From Chiloscyllium plagiosum (taxonomy: Eukaryota), in assembly GCF_004010195.1 (NCBI RefSeq), contig NC_057719.1:94198659-94262658 (forward strand): a stretch of 64,000 nt of DNA, written 5' to 3'. The position numbers were made by a program, and so were the translations under genes. Below the pieces are notes generated by a model. The model was given only the letters and a program-made list of their open reading frames with translations. It searched no databases and was not told where the DNA came from. Position 1 is the stretch's first letter. Every line of letters begins with the position of its first letter. Below are positions 12,024 through 25,050 of the stretch, one piece after another.

Positions 12024-13088
12024 TATGGCTCTTTCAGTCACAGAGTTTTCTGGGGATGGAAGAAGTCACTTTGGGAGTTTTACGGAAAGTGAACAAGGCA
12101 AAGCTTTTGGAATTGTCAAACAAGCTGGAGTTAAAGTTGCCTTGGTCTGTGAGGAAAGGCAAGATAATGGCAGCAGTGACTGCGTTTACAATTGCCAGGG
12201 ACGCAAACAGAATTATTGGAAATGGTCAACCTTCAATTACAAACGAAGCAGCTTTAATACGAACAGGAAATGAAATCGTTTGAGTTATGATTAAAAGGAG
12301 AAGGGAGGAAGAAAGGGAGAGTCAGAAGTTGGAAATCGCAGTAATTGGAACGAGATTGGCCATGTGTACCTCATAGAGTATGAATTTCCTGGTGAGGCTG
12401 TTAACCTGGTCCAATCAGGAAGCCCTGGTTAACAGCCATAAGCTGGAGTGACAGGGTGTCTCCTCTCTGGGGATTGGCTCTGAGCGAGCTGGTCAGAGAC
12501 CATGTTAATAAAGAGTGACTTGGTGATGGGACACTGGCCTCTGTGCAGTTATTTCAGAAAAAGGCAAGTGGTGAAGGCTGGAAGTCGGACTATTGGTGAG
12601 GACAGTGATGATGAGCAAACCCACCGGAGCCAAAGGTCTGCTGGGGACCTGCATAAAAATATTCAAGCATTGTCAACGTTTCATGAGAAAGACATAAAAG
12701 CCTTTTGCATTTCATTTGAGAAAGTGGCTAAACAAATGAAATGGCCAGTGACCATGTGGGTTTTGTCTTGGGCTAAACGAAACTGGTAGGTATAGCAAGT
12801 GAGCCTCACTATCAGAGGAGGGATCTGAGGCGTATGAGGAGGAGGTGAAAACAGCCATCTTAAGTGCACATGAGTTGGTGCCAGGAGCCGACAGATATTT
12901 TGGGAATCTAAGCAGGGAGCCTGGTTAACCATACATTGAGTTTGAAAAGATGAAACAAAGTAATTTCAATAGGTGGATAGAGCAATGAAAATAGATCAAA
13001 CATATGACGCGGTAAGACAGATGGTTATTCTGGAGGAGTTCAAAAATTCACTTCCCGAAGTATTGAGAACTCATGTAAAAGAGCACAG
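12024..13088 (+). pseudogene. Decayed gag of Gmr1-like LTR retrotransposon
   Basis: LRKVNKAKLLELSNKLEL; FHEKDIKAFCISFEKVAKQMKWP; ILEEFKNSLPEVLRTHVKE; stops and frameshifts. Confidence 0.75.
12330..12556 (+). mobile_element. Solo LTR-like insertion of a second family inside gag
   Basis: TG..CA ends, AATAAA; homologous to 31960-32146 (GCTGTTAACCTGGTYCAATCAGGAAGCCCTGG). Confidence 0.6.
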
Positions 13089-13091
13089 TCA

Positions 13092-13895
13092 TAGTACAGC
13101 AGGGAAGTAAACCCTTTGGTGACCAGTTATCCTAAACACCTGACAGGAGGGTTCCCTCCCAGTCAGAGAACACTTCAGCGGTCCGGGACATTCGATTTTG
13201 GATCTTCGGGTGACCATCCTCCAAGGCAGACTTTGGGACAGGCAACAAGACAGAGTGGCCGAGCAGAGGCTGATAGCCAAGTTCGGTATCTATGGCGATG
13301 GCCTCAGCCGGGACCTTGCATTCATGTCACACTACAGGTCACACACACACACACATACCCATTTACCCTTACACTCACAGGCATACACACACTCTCACAG
13401 ACACTCACCCCCTTTGCGCGCACATGCGCACACATACACACACACGTACAGAATTACATTTTACTTTGCTCAAATACTGCATCTGTAAATCTCTTTTTTA
13501 GAAATAGCATCAGTCTGAACATTGGGGCACAGACAGCCTCACACAGGGCACCTCACACCTTCAATGCATTATCTGAGCTGACATGGCACCTATTGTTAAA
13601 GTTCACTTGAGAATGTAACTTTCAAAACAAGTTCTGGGATTTACATCTGAATGAAGTGAAACTAACATAGTCATTCTAACAGATGAGAGACTTAAACAAT
13701 CTTGGTCTTTTTCTATATAATTTCAGTTGCATCACACTGTAAACTTTAACTATAAATTCTGTGTCTTACAATCTTATACTCCACAGCTACCTGATGAAGG
13801 TGCAGCGCATCCAAATAAACCTATTGGACTATCGCCTGGGATTGTGTGATTTTTAATTCTGTACACCCCAGTCTGACACCGTTACCTCCAAATCA
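13092..13895 (+). mobile_element. 5'-truncated PLE (family D)
   Basis: DLRVTILQGRL..RVAEQRLIAKFG..GLSRDLAF (GIY-YIG C-terminus); terminus CTGATGAAGG..AATAAACCT..GGACTAT shared with 32852-32970. Confidence 0.8.
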
Positions 13896-14029
13896 TGGTC
13901 AATTTACATTGTGTACATCACTTTTCAATGTTGCCCCACCCAAGCCATTGTATATTTCCAACACCCATGAGATCATCTTTGTCTGCAGTCTCAGACTTCA
14001 CAGAGCTCAACTTTGTGGTGCTTTGTTTT

Positions 14030-14700
14030 AAAATGAGAAGTGTCACTGAACAAAGAGACCCTGGAGTGCAGGTTCATACTGCTTTGAAAGTGGACTCACA
14101 GTTAGATAGGGTGGTGATAATGTATACAGCATGGAAACAGTCCTGTTCCTCCATACCAAACAGATATCCTAAATTAATCCAATCCAATTTGGCAGCATTT
14201 GGCCCATACCACTCCAAACCTTTCCTATTCATATACCCATCCAGATGCCTTTTAAATGTAATTGTACCAGCCTCCACCACTTCCTCTGGCAGCTCATTCC
14301 CAACACGCACCACCCTCTGCGTGAAAAAGTTGCCCCTTAGATCCCTTTTAAATCTTTCCTCTCTCACCTTCTGCCTATGCTCTCTAGTTTAGGACTCACT
14401 TACCCTATCCATGACCCTCATGATTTTATAAACCTTTGGAAGGTCACCCTTCAGCCTTCGATGCTTCAGGACAATAGCACCAGTGTAATCAGCCTCTCCC
14501 TATAGAGCAAACCCCCCAGCCCTGGCAACATTCTTGGTAAATCATTTTTTTTTAAGTTTCACAACATCCTTCCTATAGCAGGGAGACCAGAATTGCATGC
14601 AGTATTCCAAAAGTGGCTAAACCAATATCCAGTACAGCTGCAACATGGCCTCCCAACTCCTGTACTCAATGCACTGACCAATAAAGGGAAGCATACTAAA
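14030..14700. mobile_element. CR1 fragments (+ 14030-14118; - 14120-14700)
   Basis: Minus ERFKRDLRGNFFTQRVVRVGNELP. Confidence 0.85.
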
Positions 14701-15524
14701 TGCCAACTGATTCCACATGATGTAGATATAGAAAATGCTGTTCAAATGAAGCAACATCCTTATAAACATAACCCCCTAAAATTGGCATACATTCAAAAAG
14801 ATATTGAAAGTGTCCTTAACGACAACATAATTGAAGGGACTTGCAGTGAATGGAGCTCACCTTTGTAGATGGTACACATCGCTTATGTATTAATTACCTC
14901 AAAGTCAATGGAAAGGAAATCTGATTCATTTCCATTCCATGTTGGGAAAACTGTACTGAGAAGGTGGGACATGCAACTTATATTTCTTAAGTTGGACTTA
15001 CTCAGAGAATACCTTTATCCAAGAGCGGGAAAGAACTTTCAGCTTTTGTTCCACTAAATGGAAGGTACCACTTTAAAGTCATGCCATTTGGTGTGAAAAA
15101 TGCATGAGCTACATTTGAAAGACAAAGCAATCAAGTCATTTTGAGATTATCCAACTGGGTGATGTACATCGATGACCTGGTGACTTTTAGTCACACATGG
15201 AAGGAACATTTATCGGAATTGTTTGAACGACTTTGGGAGGCAGGCTTGGTGATAAACCTGACGTCGAGTGAGTTTACAAAAGCCCAAGTCACGTTCCTGG
15301 GCTATGTCATTGGCCATGGACAGTTGACCCCATCAGATGTGAAAACAAATGTTATTGAAGTGTTCCCTATACCTTCGACATAGAGGGAAATACTACAATT
15401 CCTGCGGCTGAGTGGTTTTTAGTGAAAGTTTGGACTAAATTCTAGCAGTGTGGTTGCTCCACTGACTGACTTATTGAAGAAATGGAGAAAATTTCAGGGG
15501 TCAGTGGACTATCAGAAGGCAGGT

Positions 15525-15788
15525 AAAAATCAACAAGGTAAAAAGCTCCTTTTCCACCTATCCACTCCACCCTCTCCTCCCTGACCTATCACCTTCATCT
15601 CCTCCCCCACTCACCCATTGTACTCTATGCTACTCTCTCCCCACCTCCACCCTCCCCTAGCTTATCTCTCCACACTTCAGGCTCTCTGCCTTTATTCCTG
15701 ATGAAGGGCTTTTGCCCGAAACGTCGATTTTGCTGAAGCTCCTCGATGCTGCCTGAATTGCTGTGCTCTTCCAGCACCATTGATCCAG
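15525..15788 (+). mobile_element. PLE 3'-end insertion (family A-related) with 15-bp TSD
   Basis: TATCAGAAGGCAGGT at 15510-15524 and 15789-15803. Confidence 0.88.
15698..15725 (+). ncRNA. Minimal hammerhead ribozyme motif, intact core
   Basis: CTGATGA-A-GGGC-TTTT-GCCC-GAAAC-GTC. Confidence 0.75.
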
Positions 15789-16201
15789 TATCAGAAGGCA
15801 GGTGACAGCCTGAAAGCTGTGTTAGCCACTGCCCCAGTGTTAGCCACACTAATTACACAAAGCCATTCAAGGTGGCCATTGATGTGAGCGATGTGGGTGT
15901 CAGTGCTATGCTCTGACAGGAGGACGATGAGAAGACAGAAAGATCTATTGGGTACTTTTCCAATCACCAACAGAAATATACTTTGATAAAGAAATAGACC
16001 TCGAGCTTGGTGCTGGCTTTGCAGTATTTCAACATTCACATTGCCAGTAATATGTCTGATACAATTGTACACACTGGTCATAACCGATTAAAGTTTTAGG
16101 AAAACTTTAAAGATAAAAATACCACATGGTTTAGATGGAGTTAATTGTTGCAGCCATTCAATTTGAAAATGATACACGTGGAAGGATGAGAGAATGCAAT
16201 T

Positions 16202-16529
16202 TCAAAGTTTGTGAGAAGATTTGTAGCTCGGGTGCTCGTTGTTGTGGTTCTGTTCGCCGAGCTGGGAATTTGTGTTGCAGACGTTTCGTCCCCTGTCTAG
16301 GGGACATCCTCAATTCAATCAACATGGACCTGGACCCAATATACCGACCACTGCAGCGGACAGCTGGAACTGACAACCGGAAGCGGCAGGGACAGACCAC
16401 TATAAATGCCAGAGGAAACAACACAGAAGCACTTCACAGGAGGCTCCCAAGCACTGAGGATGTCACCTAGACAGGGGACGAAACATCTGCAACACAAAGT
16501 CCCAGCTCGGCGAACAGAACCACAACAAC
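16202..16529. mobile_element. Fold-back PLE (family B) with GCAATT TSD
   Basis: Arms 16237-16312 and 16455-16530 are inverted; centre encodes NSINMDLDPIYRPL; GCAATT at 16196 and 16530. Confidence 0.85.
16451..16490 (+). ncRNA. Hammerhead ribozyme motif (family B)
   Basis: GCA-CTGAGGA-T-GTCACCT-AGAC-AGGGGAC-GAAAC-ATC-TGC; stem I GCA/TGC; antisense copy at 16277-16312 has a perfect 7-bp stem II and GTC. Confidence 0.72.
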
Positions 16530-17011
16530 GCAATTGCTGATGCATTGTCACGACTTTGGCGAAGAAAGATAGAGGCATTCAGGGGCAGAAGAAGTAAATT
16601 CAACTGGACTGCAGACATGAATGTTTGCATGCTTAGAGTCAATATAATGTAAACGTATTGTAGAGTACTAATAATATGCGACTAAAGGGTTTGAAAAATA
16701 AAAGCATCTTGGTGCATTGATAGTTCATTTTTTTTTAAGGAGGGACATGTAATGAAATGGCTTTGAGAGGTGTGTTTTGTCCTGATTTTCTTTATGAAGA
16801 GGTTGAGACAGAGCAATCTGCCCTCAGCCAATAAAGTAAACAGTTTGAAAGGCTTTGGGTTCTTTTAAAGGTTGGAATAATAGAAGCAGCTTGAATGGAT
16901 GGAGTCAGGCTCCAATAGAACCAGGGTATTAGTTTAGCTTTCAGTAGTTGTTGGTGTTTGGAAGTTGTCATACATCTCCCCCTGCTGCAGCAAAACACTT
17001 TGAGTTCTATC

Positions 17012-17109
17012 TCACACACACACACAGACGCACGCATGCACACACACACAGACGCGCACGCACTCACAGACACACACAGACACACACACATGCACGCACA
17101 CACACACAG

Positions 17110-17178
<69 letters not shown>
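17012..17178. repeat. (CA)n microsatellite
   Basis: Direct observation. Confidence 0.95.
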
Positions 17179-17184
<6 letters not shown>

Positions 17185-17275
17185 TCCTAATGTTCTTTTC
17201 TCCTACGCTGGAGAATTGCATATCAGACAATCTATTTGAGTGAATTTGCCTTTGTCAAGGATATGCTTAATCAGT

Positions 17276-17450
17276 TAGGAGAAAGTGAGGACTGCAGATG
17301 CTGGAGATCAGAGCTGAAAAATGTGTTGCTGGAAAAGTGCAGCAGGTCAGGCAGCATCCAAGATGCAGGAGAATCGACGGGAACGTCGATTCTCCTGTTC
17401 CTTGGATGCTGCCTGACTTGCTGCGATTTTCCGGCAACACATTTTTCGGC
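17276..17450. mobile_element. Miniature fold-back PLE (family A) in LTR
   Basis: Inverted arms around ~17381; TSD TATGYTTAATCAGT at 17262-17275 and 17451-17464. Confidence 0.85.
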
Positions 17451-18506
17451 TATGTTTAATCAGTGTTAATGTATTGGAACAGTTACTGTTAGTAGTTAAA
17501 GAATCTATTACACTGTTAATTTTTCCAACGGAGTTAAACTTAGACCAATTCTTGTTTCTTGTGTCTTACTGCAGAATAAGAATAAAGTGTGTTTTGCTTA
17601 AAAGCGTAACCAATCAAATTACATCTGGAACACAGCAACTTACACCAGCCTTGAAATAAAATAAAACTTAAGAATGTAGGCTATCTCCTTGATATATTTG
17701 AAGAGGGTTTGGTCTGATCTTTAACAGGACCCTCTCTACCTCTGACTTATTGTGGTTGGAGCTGCACTCATCCAGGCAAATGGGGAGTCAGGAGGTGAGT
17801 TACTCGCTGCAGTATTCCCAGCCTCTGACCTGCTGTTGCATCCACTGTGTTCGCGTGGTGAGTCTGATTGTCATTGTCTTGGCTCTTGCTGAAAGTGTTC
17901 ACCTGGTGTGATTCACACACATTCTTTGTTCTGTTTCTTGCTAATCTTTCTGTCCCTTGCCATTGAAACACCCTTACCTACTCTGGCCACGTGCCTGCTT
18001 CTGACCTCGAGGGGGAGGTCAGAGAAGCAACAAGAGCATAATATGAGTCCAAGGTGAAAGCAACGGTGGAGGGAGAGAGGGGAGCATTAAAGGAATCTGA
18101 TGGAGACTATTTGATGAAGTTAGCTCGCATGGGATTCGGGGTGTGCTTGCCAATTGGATACAACACCAAGGAGGCAAACAATGAAGATGTAGGGCTGCTT
18201 TACCGACTGGAGGCGGTGTTCCAAGGGATTAGTGCTGAATCCACTTTTGTTTGTCATTTATATAAATGATTTGGATGAGAATATAGAACACATGATTTGT
18301 TCAGTTTGCCAACGACACCAACATTCGACGGATAGTGCCAGGGTCAAGGATAGATTGGAGAGGGCGCAGGACATTCTTAAAGGGGTGAGGGACCAGCAGA
18401 AGGTGATTGTACACATTAGAACCTGTGACATAGAGAGGGAAAAGGATGCGATCCTGAAAAGAGAATAATCGGAAGTTTGGCAGGAATTTAAAAAGGAAGT
18501 AAAAAA

Positions 18507-18825
18507 CGGGTGGCATGGTGGCTCAGTGTTAGCACTGCTGCGTCACAGTATCAGGGACCCGGTTCAATTCCTGCCTCGGGTGACTGTCCCCGTGGAGTTT
18601 GCACATTCTCCCTGTGTCTGCGTGGTTGCCTCGGTGAGCTTCGGTTTCCTCCACAATCCAATGATATGCAGGCCCATGCTAAACCACCCAAAGTGTAGGT
18701 GCATTAGTCAGGGGTAGGTACAGGGTTGGGGAATGGATCTGGGTGGGTTGCTCTTCGGAGGGTCAGTGTGGACTGGTTGGGTCAAAGGGCCTGTTTGCAC
18801 ACTGGAGGGTATCTAATCTCATCTA
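18507..18825 (+). mobile_element. HE1-like SINE nested in CR1 ORF1
   Basis: A/B boxes, central domain, ATCTAATC tail. Confidence 0.85.
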
Positions 18826-19219
18826 AGTATCTGACGGAAATAATATCTAGATATCTCTCAGTGCCACGAGCTAGTGAGGACAGGAATGGGAGGATAGAGC
18901 AGATGAATGTGTAGCTGAGGAGCTGGTGTATGGGGGAGGATCCACTTCTTTGGATCTTTGGAATCCCAGGGAGATCATGAAGAAAGAGGCCAGTGTGAAA
19001 CTGGGACAGTGGGAAAAGGACCAAGTCAAACAGTCAGGGCAGGCAGGAACAAAGCAGAGAACGGGACAGAACTGATATAAATTAAACAATTTATTTCAAT
19101 GTAAGAGCCCTAAAAGGGAAGGCAGATGAACTCAGGGCTTGGTTAGGAACATGGGACTGGGAGACCATCGTAATTACAGAAACATGGCTCAGTGATAGAC
19201 AGGACCGACAGCTTAACGT

Positions 19220-19585
19220 TGGTACGGCGAAGGATGAGGGGTGACTTGATAGAGGTTTATAAGATGATCAGAGGAATAGATAGAGTAGACAGTCAGAAAC
19301 TTTTTCCCCGGGTACAACAGAGTGTTACAAGGGGACATAAATTTAAGGTGAAGGGTGGAAGGTATAGGGGAGATGTCAGGGGTGGGTTCTTTACCCAGAG
19401 AGTGGTGGGGGCATGGAATGCGCTGCCCGTGGGAGTGGTAGAGTCGGAATCATTGGCGACCTTTAAGCGGCATTTGGATAGGTACATGGATGGGTACTTA
19501 ATCTAGGTTAGAAGTTCGGCACAACATCGTGGGCCGAAGGGCCTGTTCTGTGCTGTATTGTTCTATGTTCTATGTTCTATGTTCT
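19220..19585 (+). mobile_element. Young CR1 3' fragment of another subfamily nested in CR1
   Basis: Uninterrupted RRMRGDLIE..VGAWNALP; (TTCTATG)n tail; TTAACRTT duplicated at flanks. Confidence 0.85.
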
Positions 19586-22270
19586 ATTAACATTCCAGGG
19601 TACAGAAATATAGAAAGGGAGGGGGGCAAGAGAGGATGGGGAGTGGTGTTTTTGATAAGGGATAACATTACAGCTGTAATAAGGGAGGATATTCCTGGGA
19701 AAATGTGCAGGGAAGTTATTTGGGTGGAACTGAGAAATAAGCAAGGAATGATCACCCTTATTGGGACTGTACTATACACCCCACAATAGTCAACGGGAAA
19801 TTGAGAAGTAAACTTGAAAGGAGACCTCACTTATATACAAGAATAATCGGGTGTAATGGGAGAGGATTTTAACTTTCTAAACATGGACTGAGACTGCCAG
19901 AGTGTTAAAGGCTTGGATGGAGAGGAATTTGTTAAGTGTGCACAAGAAAATATTCTGATTCAGTATGTGGACACACCCAACACAGAAGGTGGAAAACTTG
20001 ATCTTCTCTTGGGAAATAAAGCAGGGTAAGTGACTAATGTGTCAGTGGGGAAGCACTTTGGGGTCAGTGACCATAATTCTATTAGTTTTAAGATAGTGAT
20101 GGAAAAGGATAGACCAGATCTAAAAGTTAAAGTTCTAGATTGGTGGAAGGCCAACTTTGACGGTATGAGGCAAGAACTTTTAATAGGTGATTGGAGGCAG
20201 ATGTTCGCAGATAAAGAGATGACTGGAAAATGGGAAGACTTCTGAAATGAAATAATGGGAGTCCAGGGACAGTATGTTCCTGTTGGAGGGGAAGGACAAG
20301 GCTAGTAGGTGTAGAGAATGCTGGATGACTAGAGAAATTGAGGTTTTGGTCAAGAAAAAGGAAGCATTGGTCAGGTATAGACTGTAGGCATCTAGTGAAT
20401 CCCTAGAAGAGTATAAAGGCAATAGAGTATTCTTAAGAGGGAAATCAGGAGGACAAAAAGGGGGCATGAGATAGCTTTGGCAAAAAGCATTAAGGAGAAT
20501 CCAAAGGATTCCACAAATACATTAAGGACAAAAGGGTAACTAGGGAGAAAATAGGGCCCCTCAAAGATCAGCAAGGTGGCCTTTGTGTGGAGCCGCAGGA
20601 GATAGGGGAGATACTAAATAAGTGTTTTGCATCAGTGTTTATAGTGAAGATATAGAATGTGTGGAAGTAAATAGGAAAATTGTGAAAAATGTTCATACTA
20701 CAGAGGAGGAGGCACTGGATGTCTTTAAATGCATAAAGGTGGATAAATCCTCAGGACGAGATCAGGTGTACCCTAGAATTTTACAGGAAGTGAGGGAAGT
20801 GATTGCTGGGCCCCTTGCTGAGGTATTTGTATCATCGATAGTCACAGGTGAGGTGCCGGAAGACTGGAGGTTGGCAAACATGGTGCCATAACTTAAGAAA
20901 GGTGGTAAGGACAAGCCAGGGAACTATAGACTGGTGAGCCTGACCTCAGTGGTGGGCAAGTTGTTGGAGGGAATCCTGAGGGACAGGATGTACATGTATT
21001 TGGAAAAGCAAGGACTGATTAGGGATAATTAACATGGCTTTGTGCGTGGGAAATCATGTCTCATGAACTTGATTTAATTTTTTGAGGAAGTAACAAAGAG
21101 CATTGATGAGGACAGAGCAGTAGATGTGATCTATATGGACTTCAGTAAGGCGTGCGACAAGGTTCCTTATGGTAGTCTGGTTAGCAAGGTTAGATCTCAT
21201 GGAATACAGGGAGAACTAGCCATTTGGATACAGAACTGGCTCAAAGGTAGAAGACTGGAGGCCTGTGACCAGTGGAGTGCCATGAGGATCAGTGCTGGGT
21301 CCACTGTTTTTTGTCATTTAAGTAAATAATTTGGATATGAACATAAGAGGTATAGTTAGTAAGCTTGCAGATGATATCAAAATTGGAGGTGTAGTGGACA
21401 GTGAAGAAGGTTACCTCAGAGTACAACAGGATCAATGGGCTAAGGTGTGGCAGATGGAGTTTAATTTTGATAAATGTGAGGTCCCCATTTTGGAAAGGCA
21501 AATCAGGGCAGGTCTTATACACTTAATGGTAGGGTCCTGGGGTGTGTTGCTGAACAAAGAGACCTTGGAGTGCAGCTTCACAGTTCCTTGAAAGTAGAGC
21601 CACAGGTAGATAGGATAGTGAAGAAAGCATTTGGTATGCTTGTCTTTATTAGTCAGTGTACTGAGTATAGAAGTTGGGAGGTCATGTTGCAGTTGTACAG
21701 GACATTGGTTAGGCCACTTTTGGAATACTACATGCAGTCCTGGTCTCCTTGTTATAGGAAGGATGTTGTGAAAGTTGAAAGAGCTCAGAAAAGATTTACA
21801 AGGATGTTGCCAGGGTTGGAGGGTTTGAGCTATAGGGAGAGGCTGAACAGGCTGGGGCTGTTTTCCCTGGAGCGTTGGAGGCTGAGGGGTGACCTTAGAG
21901 AGGTTTATAAAACCATGAGGGGCATGGAGAGGGTAAATAGACAAGATATTTTCCCTGGGGTGGGGGGAGTCTAAAACTAGAGTGCATAGGTTTAAGGTGA
22001 GAGGGGAAAGATATAAAAGGGACTGAAGGTGCAAATGTTTCACACACAGTGTGTGCATGTATGGAGCCAGTTTCCAGAGGAAGTGGTGGAGGCTGGTACA
22101 ATTACAACATTTAAAAGGTATCTGGATGGGTATATGAATAGGAAGGGTTTGGAGGGATAGGTGCCAAACGCTGACAAATGGGACTAGATTGATTTATGAT
22201 ATCTGGTAGACGTGCAAGAGTTGGACCAAAGGATCTGTTCTGTGCTGTACATCTCTATACTTTATGACTC

Positions 22271-23606
22271 GATCTTGCTCAATTGGGTCAATGAACTGAG
22301 GTGTGGTAGATAAGAGTTTAATTTGGATAAATGCTAGGTATTACATTTTGGTAAAACAAACAAGAGCAGGACTGATACAGTTAAAAATAGAGCCTTGGGT
22401 AGTGTGGTAGAACAGAGAGATCTAGGATTTCAGGTACATCATTCTTTGAATTTTGTGTCACAGGTCAACAAGGTGGTGAAGAATGCACTTAGCATGCTTG
22501 CTTTCATTGCTCAGACCTGAGTATAGGAGTTGGGACGTCGTGTTGAGATTGTACAGGACATCGGTGAGGTCTCTTACAGTCATAAAGTCATAGAGATGTA
22601 CAGCATGGAGACAGCATGGAAACAGATCCTCCGGTTCAACGTGTCCATGCCGACCAGATATCCCAACCCAATCTAGTCCCACCTGCCAGCATATCCCTCC
22701 AAACCCTGCCTATTCATATACCCATCCAAATGCCTCTTAAATGCTGTAATTCTACCAGCCTCCACCACTTCCTCTGGCAGCTCATTCCATACACGTACCA
22801 CCCTCTGCATGAAAAGGTTGCCCCTTAGGTCTCTTTTATATCTTTCCCCTCTCACCCTAAACCTAAGCCCTCTAGTTCTGGACTCCCCCAACCCCAGGGA
22901 AAAGACTTTGCCTATTTACCCTGTCCATGCCCCTCATAATTTTGTAAACCTTTATAAGGTCACCCCTCAGCCTCCGACGCTCCAGAGAAAACAGCCCCAT
23001 CCTGTTCAGCCTCTCCCTGTAGCTCAAATACTCCAACCCTGGCAACATCCTTGTAAATCTCTTCTGGAATACAGTGTCCAGTTCTGGGCACCCTGTTCTC
23101 AGAAGGACATTGTTAAGCTGGAGAGGGTTCAGAAGAGATTTACCTGGATGGTGGTGGGACTGAAGGACTTGAGTTATAAAAACAGACTGGATCAACTGGG
23201 ACATTTCTCACTGGAGCGTAGAAGGTTGAGGGGTGACCTTATCAAGGTTTATAAAATAATGAGGGATGTAGATGAGGTGAATGGAAGGTGTCATTTCCAT
23301 AGGGGGGAGGAGTTCAAGATGAGGGGGCATATTTATAAAGTGAAAGCACAAAGATTTAGAAAGGCAATGAGGGGCATCCTTTTTACACAGAGAGCAGTTG
23401 GTGTGTGGAATGAGTTGCCAGAGGAAGTGATGGATTCAGGGACACTTATAAAGTTCAAAAGACATCTGATAAGTACATGAATCAGAAGGATTTGGAAGGA
23501 TATGGGCCAAACGCAGGCAAGTGGGACTAGATTAGTTTGGGATCATGGTTTGCATGGACTGGTTGGATCAAAGGGTCTGTTTTTGTGCTGTATGACTCAA
23601 TGACTT
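22271..23606 (+). mobile_element. CR1 3' fragment with an antisense CR1 nested at ~22577-23058
   Basis: Host broken at GGTGAGGTCTCTT and resumes CTCTTCTGGAATAC; insert is a reverse-complement CR1 3' end. Confidence 0.85.
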
Positions 23607-23689
23607 AACCCCCGACGTGTGACGAGGGAGGGAGTTTACAGAGACAGCCACCTGAGCTGTCACAATGTTGATCCTCGATATCCTCTCAC

Positions 23690-23833
23690 GTGTTGGTGAT
23701 GAGGCTGGGGTTTTGGGTGGGGACGGGGATTCAGAAGAAGATTTGCAGCCGGCAAAAGAAGTCAGGGGCTGCGGCCACGTGCTCTGATGCTCTCCTGGAA
23801 CGTTCTCCCGGGAAGGAATGCACTCAGTTGGTC
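23690..23833 (-). CDS. Candidate internal coding exon, 144 nt, phase 1-1, Pro/Ser/Thr-rich
   Basis: Acceptor GTTTTTCACCCCCAG, donor AC|GTGAGA; only the phase-1 frame is open: PTECIPSRENVPGEHQSTWPQPLTSFAGCKSSSESPSPPKTPASSPT. Confidence 0.3.
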
Positions 23834-24684
23834 CTGGGGGTGAAAAACGGCATCAAACTCATGAGGGGTTAACTGATCAGACAGCAGCAAAGCAAACAAG
23901 GACGTGGTGCTCTCCAGCTCGCTGATGCCATCTGCTGTTGCACCCCCAACACTGCACTCTCTTCACAAAATGCTGCGGCACCCACTTGAACCGGGGAGAA
24001 CTGAACCAACCGATTGCTTTCGGCCCGACCTCTGCTTCATCCAACTTATTTTATGCTTTGTCACAGCTTGACTGCAGTTTGTGCTCTTAATTCAGGGAGT
24101 TTGTTTTCCTTGCCTGCAGCTGGTTACTGACTGCTAAATGCACCCTTTCAGAGCAAGTTAGATGCGTGCTCGCTGTTTAGCTTGTGTTCAGTGCAATAAA
24201 GGAATTTGTTTTCCCTCCAATAATGTGCCACCTCTGCTTCAGAACAAGTGAACCATTTTTTATATCTCTGGCTCTGGTTTTATAACTCATTCACTAGCTG
24301 GGTCTAATGCAGAGCCCTGGAATCGGGGCAGGACTCCGGCGTGAACAAATTATGAAATATTAAAAGGTTAACAGGGATGACAGATCTCCTGTGTGTCCCA
24401 TCATGCATCATCCAACCTCACTGAGCCATGCCTCAGAACTATTCTCATCTCTGTGAGCAAGCAAGAGAGGTGAAATACCGCTCAGAAATACAGAGGAAAT
24501 GTGCCCGATGTACTTTGAGACATTTTACTGTTCAATTCGGAGGAATTCCCCATTGACTGTCTTCAATGTTGCTGTTGCATAACTCGAATCTTGTTGAACA
24601 AAGACAAACCTCTTCCTGAAGTGTTTGCTCCCTCACTCATCAGGACATAAGCACCTTGAGGCATGTGCCTCAGACAGTCACAAT

Positions 24685-25050
24685 TTCCTTTATCGATCAG
24701 AGTATTGAGTACAGGAATTGGGAGGTCATGTTGCGGCTGTATAGGACATTGGTTAGGCCACTGTTGGAATATTGCGTGCAGTTCTGATCTCCCTCCTATC
24801 GGAAGGAAGTTGTGAAATTTGAAAGGGTTCAGAAAAGATTTACAAGGATGTTGCCAGGGTTGGAGGATTTGAGCTATAGGGAGAGGCTNNNNNNNNNNNN
24901 NNNCATTTGGAAGGGTATATGAATAGGAAGGGTTTGGAGGGATATGGGCCGGGTGCTGGCAGGTGGGACTAGATTGGGTTGGGATATCTGGTCGGCATGG
25001 ACGGGTTGGACCGAAGGGTCTGTTTCCGTGCTGTACATCTCTCTGACTCT
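24685..25050 (+). mobile_element. CR1 3' fragment spanning a small gap
   Basis: Same subfamily sequence as 2178-3031. Confidence 0.88.

Larger units (their letters stand above)
14700..16556 (+). pseudogene. Decayed pol (RT + RNase H) of Gmr1-like element, split by two PLE insertions
   Basis: KQHPYK..SEWSSP; KVMPFGVKNA; YIDDLVTFS; AQVTFLGYVIG; APVLA..PFKVAIDVSDVGV; RWSL..QPFNL..EN/AIADALSR as terminus. Confidence 0.85.
16748..17726 (+). mobile_element. 3' LTR of Gmr1-like element
   Basis: Starts TGT after PPT-like AAGGAGGGA (16737-16745), ends TAACA; homologous to 11155-11891. Confidence 0.8.
18335..22270 (+). mobile_element. Near-full-length decayed CR1 LINE: ORF1 esterase-like remnant, APE endonuclease, RT, 3'UTR
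   Basis: ARVKD..QDILKG..VIVHIRTCDI (SGNH-like ORF1); KADELRAW..ITETWL; SDHNSISF; NYRLVSLTSVVGK; IYMDFSKACDKVP; KLADDIK; many stops. Confidence 0.9.
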
